From contig NC_043000.1 in the NCBI RefSeq assembly GCF_006345805.1, forward strand, positions 70,990,001-71,054,000: DNA of 64,000 nucleotides, written 5' to 3'. The notes under the pieces are model-generated. The model saw only the letters and a program-made list of their open reading frames with translations. It was not told the origin of the DNA and searched no databases. This stretch comes from Octopus sinensis (Eukaryota). Positions 46,530 to 60,625 of the stretch are shown here, piece after piece. Positions within the stretch are counted from its first letter, which is position 1, and each line of letters begins with the position of its first letter. The position numbers and the translations under genes were made by a program.

Positions 46530-46950
46530 CTTTTCAAGGGCCAATCTTATGTGATCGGCTTTTGCTGAAGGAGGGAGTTCAACACTGCTACCCTCTTTTG
46601 AGTTTCCTGCTTTGATATAGGTTCATCTGAAACCTTGGATAGCAGGTCAAGCTGTTTCTTGAAAAGATCTATACCTACTCCATGAAGATCACTTGAATGT
46701 TTTGTCAAGGTGTCAAATAGCTGTGGGCCTTTGAATGCCAAGTTATTGTAATGTATGGTCCTCACTCTAGATGGGATAACTGGGACAGTGCAGTGACATC
46801 CACTTCAGGGACTGGTATAGCTCTCAATACCAAAGTTTGGTGCCAGCCCCTCCAGGATCTTCCATACATATATCACAGCATACCTCTCCCATCTTCACTC
46901 CAGGGAGCAGAGCCATAGCTCTTTCAGTCTCTCCCAGTAGTTCAGCTGTT
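46530..46950 (-). mobile_element. CR1/L2-group LINE 3' fragment
   Basis: YWE.LKELWLCSLE..WERYAVIYVWKILEGLAPNFGIESY...LAFKGPQLFDTL; same family as 25960-28000. Confidence 0.8.
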
Positions 46951-46954
46951 CCAT

Positions 46955-47900
46955 TGAGATGATAGATGATTCACTGCGCTTGAGAAGACCCAACTGTCAC
47001 TGTAAAATTGAGGTCCTAAAAGCTTTATGTCTATGCCTACACATGCTGAATCCTGCATCCAATCCTCCCCCATCAAATGTTTCCACATCACAGCTTTCTA
47101 ATACTCATCTATTTATCACTCTTCTCACTACAGCCCAACTGTAACCATTTCAGACCAAAACTGATATATTATTTTATCCGGCTTTTGTGCTTTTGAGTCA
47201 CCTCTTTCTTTCCTTGAAACCACTTCCTTTTAATATTCATCCCTCATTTGATTTATATCTGCCACCCTATACTATTTTCCCCCAATTTCCTACTCTGTAT
47301 GCCTTCAGTTATCTCTTCCTCTCCAAGTTAAATTCTAGGTCTGTCCTACGTCATCTTTAACAGCACCCATATCCACTATCATTCTCAGCACCCTCTCATA
47401 TCTACCATCAAGGGACCTCTCTACCTTTTCCCTCCTCACTTAATACAGTCACCCTAATGTACCTCTAACCACTGAACATCTCTCTTCTCCATTCTCACAC
47501 CCTGCACATCATCGCCATACTTAATGATCTATTTACAAATTTATGATTCTGCTGCTCTCCAGTATTTCTGTACTGCTGCTTGTCACCTCCTCCTCTTTGA
47601 GCTGCTTCTATATATCATTCTGATATTTACCAATCAATCAAACCTCCCCTTGTCCATCATTTACAATATTCACCTGTGTCTCCATCTCTAATCATGTCAT
47701 TCTCCACTTATGAACATACCCACCCTCTCCTCCCCTTGATTTTCTGTTCATATTCTTTCTTATACTCTCCTTCTTGTACCTTACAAGACACCGGTGCACA
47801 TCTCTCTATTATACATAAGCCTTTCAAAGCCACCTCCCCTCGGTCAAGAGAGCTTTTCCTTTTCTTTGTCTTGTAAGTTACTTAGTGAACTTAGTAGCAG
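46955..47900 (+). mobile_element. RTE C-terminal remnant plus long pyrimidine-rich 3' UTR
   Basis: CTTGAGAAGACC motif (end of the RTE ORF) followed by a CT-rich tail; a comparable copy lies on the minus strand at 63300-64000. Confidence 0.55.
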
Positions 47901-48709
47901 TGCCATGACAAAAAGGATCCAGTACACACAGTAAAGTAGTTGGTGCTAGAAAGATAGTTCAGTCATAGAAATCATGTCAAAGCTGACATTGAAACTTGAT
48001 GCAATGCTGCAGTTTATTAGATACTGTCAACTTGTTCAACCCACACCAGCATAGAAAACAGATATTAAATGATAATGGTGACAATGGGCTTTCTCCAGTT
48101 TCCTTGTGCAAAATTTTATTCACAAAGTATTGGTCACCTCATGGCTATATTAGAGACCACCAGCTTACAGCATCCACACAGTGGAAGTGAATCCCAAGCC
48201 ACAGTGTGCTGAAAAGAACTTCTTAACTATCCTTGTACTTCATCTCTCTCTCTCTCCACACACACATACACATATAATTGTCATTTTAATGGCTACTTTT
48301 CCATGCTTGCATGGTTCAGACTAAATTCATTGAGGTTAATTTTCTACAGCAAGATGCTTTGCTGTTTCCAAGCAAGGTGATATCTTCCTTTAGTCCAAAC
48401 AAATTTTTCAAGCAAGATTCCAACCAAACAAAAGTTTGTTATGTTGATGATGCTTGTTTACTGCTAGTGGGTGACAAGAAGATAATGACACACACACATA
48501 AACATATGTATATACAACAGGCTTCTTTTCATTTTCTGTCAACCAAATCTACATACAAGGCTTTGGTCAGCTCAGGCTCTAGCAGAAAATACTTGCCTGA
48601 AGTGGGGCACAGTAGGAGTGAACCTAAACTCACATGGTTTTAGTGAACTTCTTAACCATACAGCCATGCCTGTGTTCATATACACACACAAATATGTACA
48701 TATATATAC

Positions 48710-48745
<36 letters not shown>

Positions 48746-49290
48746 CTGTATCTGATACAACACTACCACTAAAAAACCATAAATCATCATCATCCTTTAA
48801 CGTTTGTTTTCCATGCTGGCATGGGTTGAATGATTTGACAGGATCTGGCCAACCAGAGATCTGTGCAGGCTCCAATTGTCTATTTTGGCATGATTTCTAC
48901 AGCTGGATGCTATTCCTAACACCAACCACTTTACAGAGTTTACTGAGTGCTTTTACATGGCATCAGCAGGGGTTCTTTTACATGGTACTGGCTTGGGTAC
49001 CTTTGCATGGCACCAACATGAGTGATTTTGCATGGCACTGACACCCATGAGCCTACAAAACAAGAAACTCTCAGTTGATAGAGGGAATGAGGGTCATGAC
49101 CATAAAGGACATGCCTGTATGTATGGATGGACACAATTTTACTTAGCATGACAGTGTCTTCTCAAGCACAGGAAATTGCCAGAAGTCTCAGTCCTTTGTC
49201 ATCTCCTCTGTGAGACCCAATGTCTGAAGATCCTTTCTCAAATAAATATAGATCAATAAAATATGTACCACACTGAAAAGACAGTGAAAG

Positions 49291-49510
49291 TGCTTGGCTC
49301 AGTGGTTAAAGCTTCACTTATCTGTAGTAATGAGTCACAATGTCACTGGTGCCAAGCTGTATTGGCCTTTGTCTTTCCTTTGGATAACATCAGTGGCATG
49401 GGTAACTGCTGGTCTTCCATAAACAGCCTTGCCTAAACTTGCACCTCAGGGGGAACTTTCTAGGTGCACTCCCATAGTCATTTATGACCAAAGGGAGTCA
49501 TTACCCTTTT
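49291..49510 (+). mobile_element. Degenerate tRNA-derived SINE (second family)
   Basis: TTGGCTCAGTGGTTA A-box-like head, then GTCACTGGTGCCAAGCTGTA...CTTTCTAGGTGCA body. Confidence 0.55.
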
Positions 49511-50600
49511 ACACTGAAAATAAGTACTGGGGAAGATATGATAGACTAGAAAATTCTTGAAGGCAGTGACTAATCATGATCACAGCCAAATAATTGAAAT
49601 CCAGAAAATACAAAAAAGAATGAAGGAATATAAAATCCAGTTTACCCCTATTCATCTCTCATGACTTTAGAATGTTTGCAAAGAATCATTATTCTGAACA
49701 ATTATTTTCAATTATGCTAGCTAAAAATTAAATAATGGAAAATTTACTCATCTGTAACACCTAATTTATTGCATTTTACTCAAGCTAAATTCAACATCAA
49801 TTATAATACAAAACCCACTTTTATAGCTGAAAATTAGAAATATAATTTATCTTCTTAAATATTTAATGATTTTAAATTAAAAATTTTAATTTAAGTTTAA
49901 ATTTTTACTACATTCTCTTACTATGTACCATAAATAGTATGTTTTTTCACATCCATACTTTATCAAATGAGTGTATACTGAAGATTTATTTTTTATACTA
50001 CTAGCATACATTGGTAATGTAACTCTGAACTGTAATATTTTATATTAAATAATCTCTTTCAGATAATATAGTGTATAACCATACATCACCTGTGTACTAA
50101 TAGGCTGAATAATTGCTATGAATTCACCATAAAGATATCCAGTGAATACACTTCACTGCCTTCAGCAATGAAGTGCTACATTAATTATTAGATGTCTTAG
50201 GAAGGGGTGGTGGGGGAATACTCCTGATAGTTTCTTCATTTTCAAAGGTTTGTAGTTGCATTTATTTTTTCTTTTACTGCCTACCAGTTTTGACCCAAGT
50301 ATTTTCTTTTAAATTTCTTGTGTAATGCACAAAAAATACATATAATGACTATCTATATGATTTGTATATCAATATTTGCTAATATTTTGAAAACTATTTT
50401 AAATAGTAATAATTTTATTGAAAAAGTGATTTCTAACCACTTTTACACTTGCTAAATTCTTGAAAGAATCCAAATAAGTATACTGCCTTTTTGAAAGCCT
50501 TAACTGAGATAAGAAAAATGAAACAAATAACAATTCAAAAATCTAACTAGCTTAGATACATGTGTAATATTGCAATGAATTAATAAAAATAATTATATAC

Positions 50601-50832
50601 CGGTGACCAATGTTTCCAGCATTTCCATGGAAAAATATCACAGTAGGGGCAGTCACAGAAGAATAGCTGGGTTGTTTGATAAGTACTACATGTATACTGG
50701 TACCATCTTTGGTCTGAAGGTAGCTGCTTTCAAATGGCAGTTTAAGCAAGCTCGGCATATCAACATAGATTCTGGCATTTCGTGGTTGTTGAGGATAATA
50801 AATTAACATGTCCTGCCCATGATACAACAAGC
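50601..50832 (-). CDS. ABHD13: ABHD13 coding exon 2
   Basis: tttttcag|GC TTG...CAC CG|gtatat (phase 1/2). Encodes LLYHGQDMLIYYPQQPRNARIYVDMP...TKDG...APTVIFFHGNAGNIGHR, a close match to ABHD13. Confidence 0.92.
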
Positions 50833-51305
50833 CTGAAAAAAAAAAGAGAAAAAGAAAAAATTGAACTTTTATAAAGATGATTTATTATTGAAAAGAATTT
50901 TGAAAATAATTTAATGTGTTCACACAGCATTTCTCACATTCCCACTTACTGTGTATTGTAGGCAACGGTTCTAAAATAAATAAATAAACCTCTTCATGAA
51001 GGCTTGGCATCTCTTCAATTAAGTTTTTCTGTTTGAATTAATAATATCCAAAAACAACTTTTTTATAATGTAACCTTAGATGAAGTAAAAAAGCAATAAT
51101 TTCATGCTCTCAGTGTGTTTAAATCCAAAAAGATATCAAATTATGGTTGAAGATCTTCTTAAACAGTACTTCTGCTTCCATGTGATTACTAATTATACAT
51201 ACAGCCCATGAAACATCTAAAAGGAATCTAATAAATGAATAGAGATATCTAATAAATAAAGTATCCATATGCAACCTAATAACCCTAGAGATACCTATTT
51301 CTTTA

Positions 51306-51526
51306 TTACCCACAAGGGGCTAAACATAGAGGGGACAAACAAGGACAGACATAGGTATTAAGTCGATTACATCGACCCCAGTGCGTAACTGGTACTTAAT
51401 TTTTCGACCCCGAAAGGATGAAAGGCAAAGTCGACCTCGGCGGAATTTGAACTCAGAACGTAGTGGCAGACGAAATACTGCTCAGCATTTCGTCCGGCGC
51501 GCTAACGTTTCTGCCAGCTCGCCGCC
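51306..51526 (-). mobile_element. tRNA-derived SINE (third family, OR-like)
   Basis: Minus strand reads GGCGAGCTGGCAGAAACG...GAGTTCAAATTCC (A/B-box-like), then GTCGACTTTGCCTTTCATCC. A degenerate piece also lies at ~25500-25585. Confidence 0.75.
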
Positions 51527-53827
51527 TAGAGATACCACCACTTAAATAAAAATATTCTCTTCTTAATGCAAAGGAAAAATTTCAGCAGACAATAATGTTT
51601 TTTGCACATAGAAACCTAATAACTTCTTTCAAGTAAATCAACCAAGTGCTTTATGTGATTAACATGAACTTGTTTCGTTGAATCTGGTGTGATAAAAAAA
51701 ATCAAATTAGCCTAAGCAAAATCTAAATACTGACTTAATGGAAAGATGTAGTCAGTCCAGCTTTTAATCTGAAATATATGATTATGAAAACACAAACGTA
51801 CATGGTATATACATTATTAGATAAATGGAAATGAACTAATAAATGTTATTATTATTACTGGTATATTGTTGCTTTCTGTACTGGAATGGGTTCAATATGG
51901 TAATATATCATATCTCCACTCTTGTTGATCCTATATTATCTCATCCTAAAGATCCAACCTCTTCAGATCTGGCCTCACTACCTCTTGTTTGTCTGGCTTT
52001 TCCTTTACCTCATGTATCTTTTCCTCTGCCATATGTATCTTAGCACACAATATTTTTTATTTATATTTATTTATTTTGCTGAGCAGATTTCATCTGTTCA
52101 CATTATCCATCAATACCAATAAAGCCAGCTCTCCTACTTATATCACTTGTTACCTTTTATGCCTCACTACTTTTTTAACTCCTTGCCATTTCACTTTAAC
52201 AATGCATATCCAACAGATCATACTTAACTTAAATCATATTTTGTGCATTTTAATGCCAGAACCTCTTACATAAGCTTCATAACTTGTCTTTGAACAGAGT
52301 GAAACAGATAAATAATATACTTTAGGTAGGTACAAATTCCTTCCCACACATTTGTCCACTGCTCACTCTTCTGTGCTACAAGTTACTGTTTCCTCTCTTC
52401 TGAAACATTTTCCTGTTGACTCACCCCTATGTGCCTATGACCATGTCCACCCATTTCACCATATTTATCTCTGTTTCCCTCCACACTCTTAACTTACCTA
52501 CCTACTACTTACCTGTCCCTTTCTTTCATCCTTCCCCAATCAATTACATTAAATAGTGAACCTCTAGCATAAACATTCAGATGTTTTGACCACATTAAAA
52601 AAAAAAAGATCATCTGCTAGATAAGTAAATTTCTAGTTACCAACATTCTACTAACCACTTTTTCACCAATGATCTATGTTCTCTCAACATCTTATGCTAC
52701 TATAACAGCCTTTACAACTTTCAATGTGATAACTGTATGGCAGGTAGCCTGAATCAACCAGCAAAGGAATATTAAACTTGCTCATAACAGTGCTTTTCTC
52801 TTTTCATGTTAGTAGATGAGCTAAAATGGATAAGATAGCAGCATTCACTAAAATTTGAAGATTTTGTCAATATTAAAGGTAAACAATGTTAGAGATTATC
52901 AGAATTATAGAGATTATCAACATCCACTGAAATGTTAAGATTTTATGGCCGTGAAAGTGAGCAATATCAGAGACAATCAGAATATACCATACTTGCAAAT
53001 TCAGTTTGTTTTGTATTCAAATAAGCAATTGAAATAACAGATGGAATATTTTTTTGACAATCCTAGTTCACTTTAGAGTCACTTGAATCTGAGAAAGGAT
53101 AATGTAACTAAAATGATACATCTGAACTCATTCACACATGAAAAATGTTGGTCTTAAAACATGACACAAGATTAAAGCTCTCAGTACTCCTCCTGTCAAA
53201 CTGATTTGCCTGAATTTCTAACTTAATTTGATAATACAGACTATATATAGACATCCAAATATAGGAGCAATTAAGAGGAAAGCTTCATCGATCATTTACA
53301 ATCAAGTAGGTAATAACTAATCTTTGGCTGGTTTTAAAACATCAATCAATCACCAGTGAAAATTTATAAGAAGCTGATTAATGGCATTACCTAGCTTCAC
53401 AAGTACTGGCAAACTGAAAACAACAAAACCTATGTAGTACATATCTAGTTCAATAATAATTAAGGATCAACTCAACTTAGCTACAAATTCCATATATTAA
53501 CAATATTTCTATTGTCTTTACAATTACCTTCAAAGGTCAATGAAATCATTTGAAATTAATTATTACAAAATAATCTAACAGTAATATTAATGTATTAATA
53601 TCAGTATATTTCTGTCAAAGCTGAACTGAATTCTATTGACAAATAAGATTCAAATGATCAATCAGTAACCATTTTGTTTAATTATAATTGTTAATTAAAC
53701 AATCACACATGAAAGGTTCTATTTTCAATTATATGGTTAATAATAGACAACCAAAACATGAGATTAATTGATATTAGATATTTCCAACATATTCTACTTG
53801 ACAAAGTTCATATAAAAAACAGTAGTA

Positions 53828-54750
53828 CAAGGGTGGACTGTAAATTTCATAGGCTAACTATGAAGGAGTGATGCTAGTGCTGTGAAATCTTGCATGCATT
53901 AATTTTAACTCTCCTTATTAAGAACTGCATCTTTTCAGGTAAACTGACATCTGAATGTTCAAAGAAGACCTCAAAAGTAACTAGTAATCATCATCTTCTC
54001 TTAAAAATCAACAAAATTTGGTATTGTGATATCATCAAGTACCTGCAGTAAAAGAATTTAGTCTTTAAGGACATTCATGCTGACATGGTTGCTACATCAG
54101 GGGATGACACTCCAGCTCTATCAACAGTATAAAAGTGGGAACAGAGAGTCTGGACATCCTGCAACTGCCATGACTGAAGAAAACATTGATCATGTTCACC
54201 ACATGGTGGTGGATTACAGGTGATTGACTATAAATCAAAAAGCCAATGCTATTAGCAAATCCCATGAGAAAGTTGAGAATATTCTGCACAATGAACTTGA
54301 CATGACAAAGTTTTCTGTTCAGTGGGTGCCATGTCTTCCGACACCTGATCAAAAGCACACCAGGCTGATCATATCACAGGAAAATTTGATATTGTCCGAG
54401 GCAGATCCAGCTGGTTTCCTTAAATATTTCCTAACCCAGGGTGGATGTTGTCTTAATCATCTTGAGCTAGAGACAAAGAAACAATCCATGCAGTGAAAAC
54501 AGCCCTCCACACCTGCTCCAAAGAAGGCCAAAGTCATTTCATCTGCAGGGAAGGTCATAACCTCAACTTTTTGAGATGCAAAAGGCAATGAATGTGTTTA
54601 GTGACTATCTTCAGAAGGGCCACACCATTAATGGAGAGTAGTATGCCAACTTGCTGAGGCAGTTACAAAAGGCTATTAAGACCAAACATCCAGGAAAACT
54701 GATGAAAGGGGTTTTGTTTCATCAGAACAATGCTCCAGCACACAAGTCTT
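53828..54750 (+). mobile_element. Mariner (Mos1/SETMAR-like) transposon, 3'-truncated and degenerate
   Basis: TA|CAAGGGTGGACTG start. Peptides DIHADMVAT.GDDTPA, QWVPCLPTPDQKH (WVPxxL motif), PKKAKVISSAGK and VLFHQNNAPAHKS. Confidence 0.88.
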
Positions 54751-55430
54751 TCTGCGTACATTTGGTAAACGGATTCTCTGTTTGAATGGAAAATTTTTCA
54801 ATAGCTTGGAGATGGATTGCACTTGTATCCCCCTTATCCAATTGCCATACAAAAACTGAGCATCAATAAACTCCCTTATACAATCTCAAATATTTATATG
54901 TTCAACAACAGAATTTCTTAGATAATTAGTATGCCATGTTGAGATCATATTTTGGACCATTTTGGTTTAACAAACTCAATCTGATATTTAGAAAATTTCT
55001 ATACAAATATAGTCTTTCATACTAATTAGATAAATCATAGCCCCTTTTTCTATTTTTATTTATTTTGAAATATCAATAAGACAGTTACAAACCTTTAAAG
55101 ACTGAAATTTTGCACTTTACAAATTAAACACATTCAATCTGAACATGAAAGAAATTAGAATTCCTCTATGTTCCCAGAGCAACATATTAAAACCATACAA
55201 TTTTAAACCAGCATAAGCAATCAAGTGGAGACTTCCCCAAATTTCCCCTTACTGTCTTATGTATGTTAAAGCCAATGATAGCTAGGCATCAGAGAAACAG
55301 TAGCCAAGCCTCCCTCAAATCCCTCTCTCTACAGCCATGTGTATGTATGAGCCAACAAGATCTCTACATGGTAGCTAGATATGTTGATGGTTGTATTAAT
55401 AGTTTAGGGGGTGTTGTGAGTATTATGTGA

Positions 55431-55476
<46 letters not shown>

Positions 55477-58400
55477 CATCACCACCACCACTACTAACAC
55501 AACAAACCACAACATTAATGATGTCATTGTTGTTGTGGTGGTGGTAATAGTTATGCACACCACCACCTCTTCATCATCATGACAGCCACTACATAGTAGT
55601 AGTAGGAGGATAGATGATTTTTGTTATTGTTGTTGTCTAACTCCATATCATTTCTCATTCAGTAGTGATTTGAGACATGTTCCTCTGCTATTCTAGCAAG
55701 TTGATCAAACAGCTTTCATTTTTAAGACAGCAGACTGTAATTTGAGGGAAATTTAGCTGCTATTTCTTTTTTATTATTGATTTCTCCCCAAAAGGCTGAG
55801 GATTTTGTAATTAGCATTTCTCCATTTCAACATATCAGTAGAAAGAATGAAAATATCTGGTAAGCCAAAAAGATCCCATTTTTTCCCCATTTCCAGTTTC
55901 AAATTTGATTGTAATCAGACACTGAGAATTTTGCAGTGTTAATAGTTGATTTATTAGATATATTTTATCACACTGATAATTGATAAAGTCCGGGTTATAG
56001 TACTTTGTTTTGGCTGAATCAGACTGTTGACCATTTTCATTTGCCCATTTTATTGCAGTTGTTAGACCTAACATGGTTTATTTTTACTGTTATTAATAAT
56101 ACTAGATGCCATACTCATATCTCTTAACTTGCAATGACCTCTCTGGATTCTCATCACTCTCATCTCTTTCTCCATCTCATGTCAACTTCCTCCTACACTT
56201 CCTACTCCCATAATGTAGGATAACATTGAATCAGCTTCTGTATAACCCCACCACCCTTCTGCTCTGTCCCTCATTATTTTTTCCATATGGCATCCGACTG
56301 TAGAAACCATGCCAAAATGGAAATATCAAAGAATAATGCTGCCCACTGTTGCATTGGATCCTGTCAACTTCTGCCAGAATGGAAGGTTGATGCGAAACGA
56401 TGGTGATAAATTGAGATCATCAGCAAAATTTGGTATTTTCATAATTCTGTTTAAAGAACTAAGCAGCTCTGTTGCATAGAAAAATATAATGGGTGAAATT
56501 AGAGAACCTTACTGGAGATCCTGAGGAAGATATATAATTTAGCTTTAATATCATTGAAAATAAACCATGTTCTAATGGATAAGAAAACTAATAACCAAAT
56601 TGCAAAGATTGTTGAATATTTTAAACTGATATTCCTTTTTAAGTAGAATGTCATGGACCATGACGTAAGCTACTTTTAAAGCTAGGGAGATCAAAGTGAG
56701 TTTTCAGAAAGTATTCTGTTTCAAGTAAGATAATCAGTTAGTCATAATTTTTACCAACATTTTACATAGATTAGTACAGATCAAGATATGATCAATATAA
56801 TCTGACTGAACTGTAGTTATCATTATTAGATTTTAGTATTATTAAGAAAAATTTTTTTCCATATCTGGGAAATGTTAAAATATAATTACATGATTAAATA
56901 AGTTAAGCACTGTTTCTTGTATACATCCCATGTTTTGTCTGATCCTGTAGCAGATTCCTCATGTAACTCCTCATTAGTTTCTAATAATTCATGTTTAATT
57001 ATAAGGTGGAATGAGTCTATGTAAAGACTGAAAGAAGCAATTAATTTGTTTTTAATATTTGCTAAGAAAAATTGGCCAAAACAAAATGTTTCTGCAAAAA
57101 AAGCAACTTCTGAAGAATCTGAGACTACCATTATTGTGATCTTGTAATGATTCTTGATTTACTTTTGAGTAGTTTAATATAGACTCTTTAGATACACTTT
57201 ATTAGTTGGTTTTAATTTCTTTTTTGTTGCTTGTTCCATTAGATAGATCATTATCAAAAATGTTGGTGGCCTTTCCATTTTATTTTTAATGATTAATTCA
57301 TCTTATTAAAGTGAAATCTATGCTTATTAACCTTAAAAGAAATGAATTTGGTTTTTCTTCCTTGTCTGTACCTTTGCAAAAAAAAAAAAAGATTCTCCCT
57401 TTAATGTTAGAGTTATGCACACACACACACACACACACACACACTTAATCAAAATAGTTAATTTATTTTAAGCTAGAAATTAATAATTTGTATTAAAGGA
57501 TAAAACGGCAAACCATATATAGATTTTAGAATGATACGAGAAACAAATTATCTCTTAAGAAAACATGTAAAAGTCTTTCCTCGTGTTTCACAATGAAATC
57601 AAATATATCTATATAATATAAACAAATATCGAAACAGCAGTCTGATTTTTATTAAATGCTTTCATTTGATTTTTAGTAGATATATCAGAAACAACTACTC
57701 CCACGACAAACTAATAATTTAAACTTTAAGTCAGGGTACTTGATTTCATGCGAAAAATCCGAGTTTTCCTGCAAATACTGGGATGTCATTCGCGTTGTGT
57801 AATGTATCTCGGTAGATATATCGAAATTCGGCAATTTCTACTCTACTTGCAAGAATCAATTAATCTGCCTGACCGTAATTGTTATATAAATGCAATTCAG
57901 TCGTTGAAAGTTGGAAACAGATGTACTAGTGACAGAGTAACAACTTTTAGAAAATAAAGAAGTAACCTTAAAAGTTATGAAATTAAGCGAGTGACACAAA
58001 TCTCGTGAAAATAAATACAAAACAAAATAAGGTTCTTTTCTTTTTCTTTCTAAGCTTGATAATGATTTTAAGCTATTTATATGCAAAAATCAATAAATGG
58101 CAGCTGTTCAGAAGTGTGACTTACTGCTAACAGAGAGATCAACGAAATCATTTTTATATACAATTATGTTCCATAGTTAAAAGTAGGTTGGGACTCAATA
58201 GCGTTAAATCACCAAAATCACCCTACCTTAAATCACCAAATGATTTATATTAAATAGTTGATATAATTAATAGTGCCCTTCCGACTATAATAGTAGATGT
58301 AACAACAAACACAGAGATTTGGATACGTACTTCAAGTGATTAAGCAAACTGGTGATCTAAATCTGCGATTTGATCTGTTGTTTTGGGGGATATTATGCAA

Positions 58401-58709
58401 GTAGGCAGCCATACTAATGTCAAAATAAAAGGATTTATCATGGTGAAACATTATTTATTATATGAAAGCATAAACTGTAAAGTTTATCAAGTGCTGAAAA
58501 AAATAATTAGTAATTTCAAAATGAAACTAATTATTAAAACAGTTGGCGATGTTTCTTGATCAAAACAGAAAGAGTTGATTTTCGTAGGATATTCTGAAGA
58601 GGAAAGGTTGGACTCGATGATCTTAGACAAGAAAGGAATTAGATGAGATAATCACTATTCTATGCTTTTATAAGGTGGCAACGGATTTTGCTTGTTTCCT
58701 TCTTGAGTA

Positions 58710-58711
<2 letters not shown>

Positions 58712-58798
<87 letters not shown>

Positions 58799-58823
58799 TG
58801 AGTGAGTGAGTGAGTGAGAGAGA
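58712..58823. repeat. Compound (TG)n(TGAG)n(AG)n microsatellite
   Basis: About 85 bp of pure TG, then TGAG and AG repeats. Confidence 0.95.
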
Positions 58824-59202
58824 GTATAGTGTAATCAATATCTAGACAGGTTCGAAATGTAAATCGAAGTATTTGAGAGAGTATTGACGGAATCGCTACT
58901 TTAGGTCTGTGAAATACTGAACTGTCAAATAACGGAAGTTGCGTTTAGGTAGCAAATACCATTACTACTATACAAGAAGTAAACAACACCCGAATTAAGT
59001 GCGCGTGCATACACACGTGTGCTGATACACATACACAGGAAATATTTCTCGCTATGTCATCTTCAGTTTTCCAAAACTGTAAAATAGTAGTTTTTTTCCT
59101 AATTAGGATAGAAAAATAAAGTGATTATATAAAGCGCATGGTCGACTTAATTCGTTTTAAATTTTAAAATCAGATACAAAATTTAATAACTGATTTACTT
59201 AC

Positions 59203-59527
59203 CAAGAGAAGCTATGATTACAAGAAGCAAAGTGATAAGTCCACCGTAGAACCAGAATATTAAGAATATTATAAACAAAGCTGTAGTACAGATACTCCAG
59301 AATTTAACAACCAGTTTGAAGAGAAACAGGAGTATAAGTTTCAGGTGGCCGAAACGACCCGCCCGTACTCCTAAATTATTTGTCCGCGATGTTAACCCAG
59401 AACTAGAACTGCCATCTGAGCAGGCACTACCAAGACCGTCCAAATTCGGATTGCATCCCGATGTGGTTGAAGATGATGCTGAAGAACTTGAGGGTTTTAT
59501 CTCTCTTATTTTTAGTTTTACACTCAT
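59203..59527 (-). CDS. ABHD13: ABHD13 coding exon 1 (Ser-rich N-terminus plus transmembrane signal-anchor)
   Basis: ATG at 59527; ...FWFYGGLITLLLVIIASL G|gtaagt, a phase 1 donor compatible with exon 2. A probable upstream acceptor (tttcag|) lies at 59558. Confidence 0.88.
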
Positions 59528-60294
59528 CTTCCCCTCACAATGTTGTGAGGGTCACGTCCTGAAATGGACAGATAATGATGATATAGATCAGAGTAGAATC
59601 ACAGTAGGTGATAAGGTCTCGGAAATATTTTTCGACTGTTTTTCAAACAGGAAATGTACACAGAGGGAATCCACTGGAAGTTATCAGATTGACTATAGCC
59701 AAAAAAATTTCGTTGACAATGTTTAATGAAGTCTGTTGTAGTTGGTAACAATTTTTGTGTTGCTGGTAAAGCTGCTGCTTCGGAATGTAATTTTTGTGAG
59801 GTCCCTCTTTATGATGGTAAAAGTAACGCTGGTATTGCCTGCATTGGAGGCGAACCTTCGACATTGTTTGACCAGATAAGCAGCAGTATAGATTATCCAC
59901 AATGTTCAATCACAAATAAAATCTGAAATATTTCTATCCCAAACCATACAGGTCTTCTTGTTCTTTTCCTTTTAGGTTTTCTTCGGTTTTTATGAAAGTC
60001 TTACACCATAAATATTAAATGTGACAAAAAAAATTGTTATTGCTCTCTTTTAAATATAACGCGGTATATTATCCAGAAAATATGCAATCGAAACGCACGT
60101 CATTTTTGTGTGCAGTCTGTACGCTAACGAAATAAAATCTGCTTGAATCGTGGCAGCGTTTTAGAACCATGTAATGTGAATTACCTCCCGTTGACAGTAG
60201 TTATAAAATATGTTCACGCTAGGGGCGCTGACAATTGTTAGTCAATGAGTGTTATTTCCATTTAATGTTGTTTATTGTTGTCATTTATGTTATA

Positions 60295-60625
60295 GGCGTG
60301 TGGATGCGCAATGGTCCAGCGGTTAGGGCAGCAGACTTGTGGTCGTAGGTTTGCGGTTTCGATTCCTAGACCAGGCATTGTGAATGTTTATTGAGCGAAA
60401 ACATCTAAAGGTCGGTGGGGGACCCTGCTGTACTCTTTCCCCACAACTTTATCTCGCTCTTTCTTCCTGTCTCTGTTGTACCAGCTTTGTCACTCTGTGT
60501 CACGCTGAATCTCCTCGAGAACTACGTTAAGGGTACACGTGTCTGTGTAGTGCTCAGCCACTTGCACGTTAATTTCACGAGCAGGCTGTTCCGTTGATCG
60601 GATCATCAGCGTAACCGACGGAGTT
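60295..60625 (+). mobile_element. tRNA-derived SINE (fourth family) upstream of ABHD13
   Basis: A box TGGTCCAGCGG and B box GGTTTCGATTCC, followed by a non-tRNA body (CAGCCACTTGCACGTTAATTTCACGAG). Confidence 0.7.

Noticed and set aside
56886-57131. 81-aa minus-strand ORF in ABHD13 intron 1 (…KHELLETNEELHEESATGSDKTWDV…)
   Set aside because: No convincing donor, no recognisable homology, and ABHD13 exons 1 and 2 already join in phase.
59316-59926. Plus-strand ORFs of 136 and 66 aa
   Set aside because: Antisense shadow of ABHD13 exon 1 and its upstream region; no recognisable domain.
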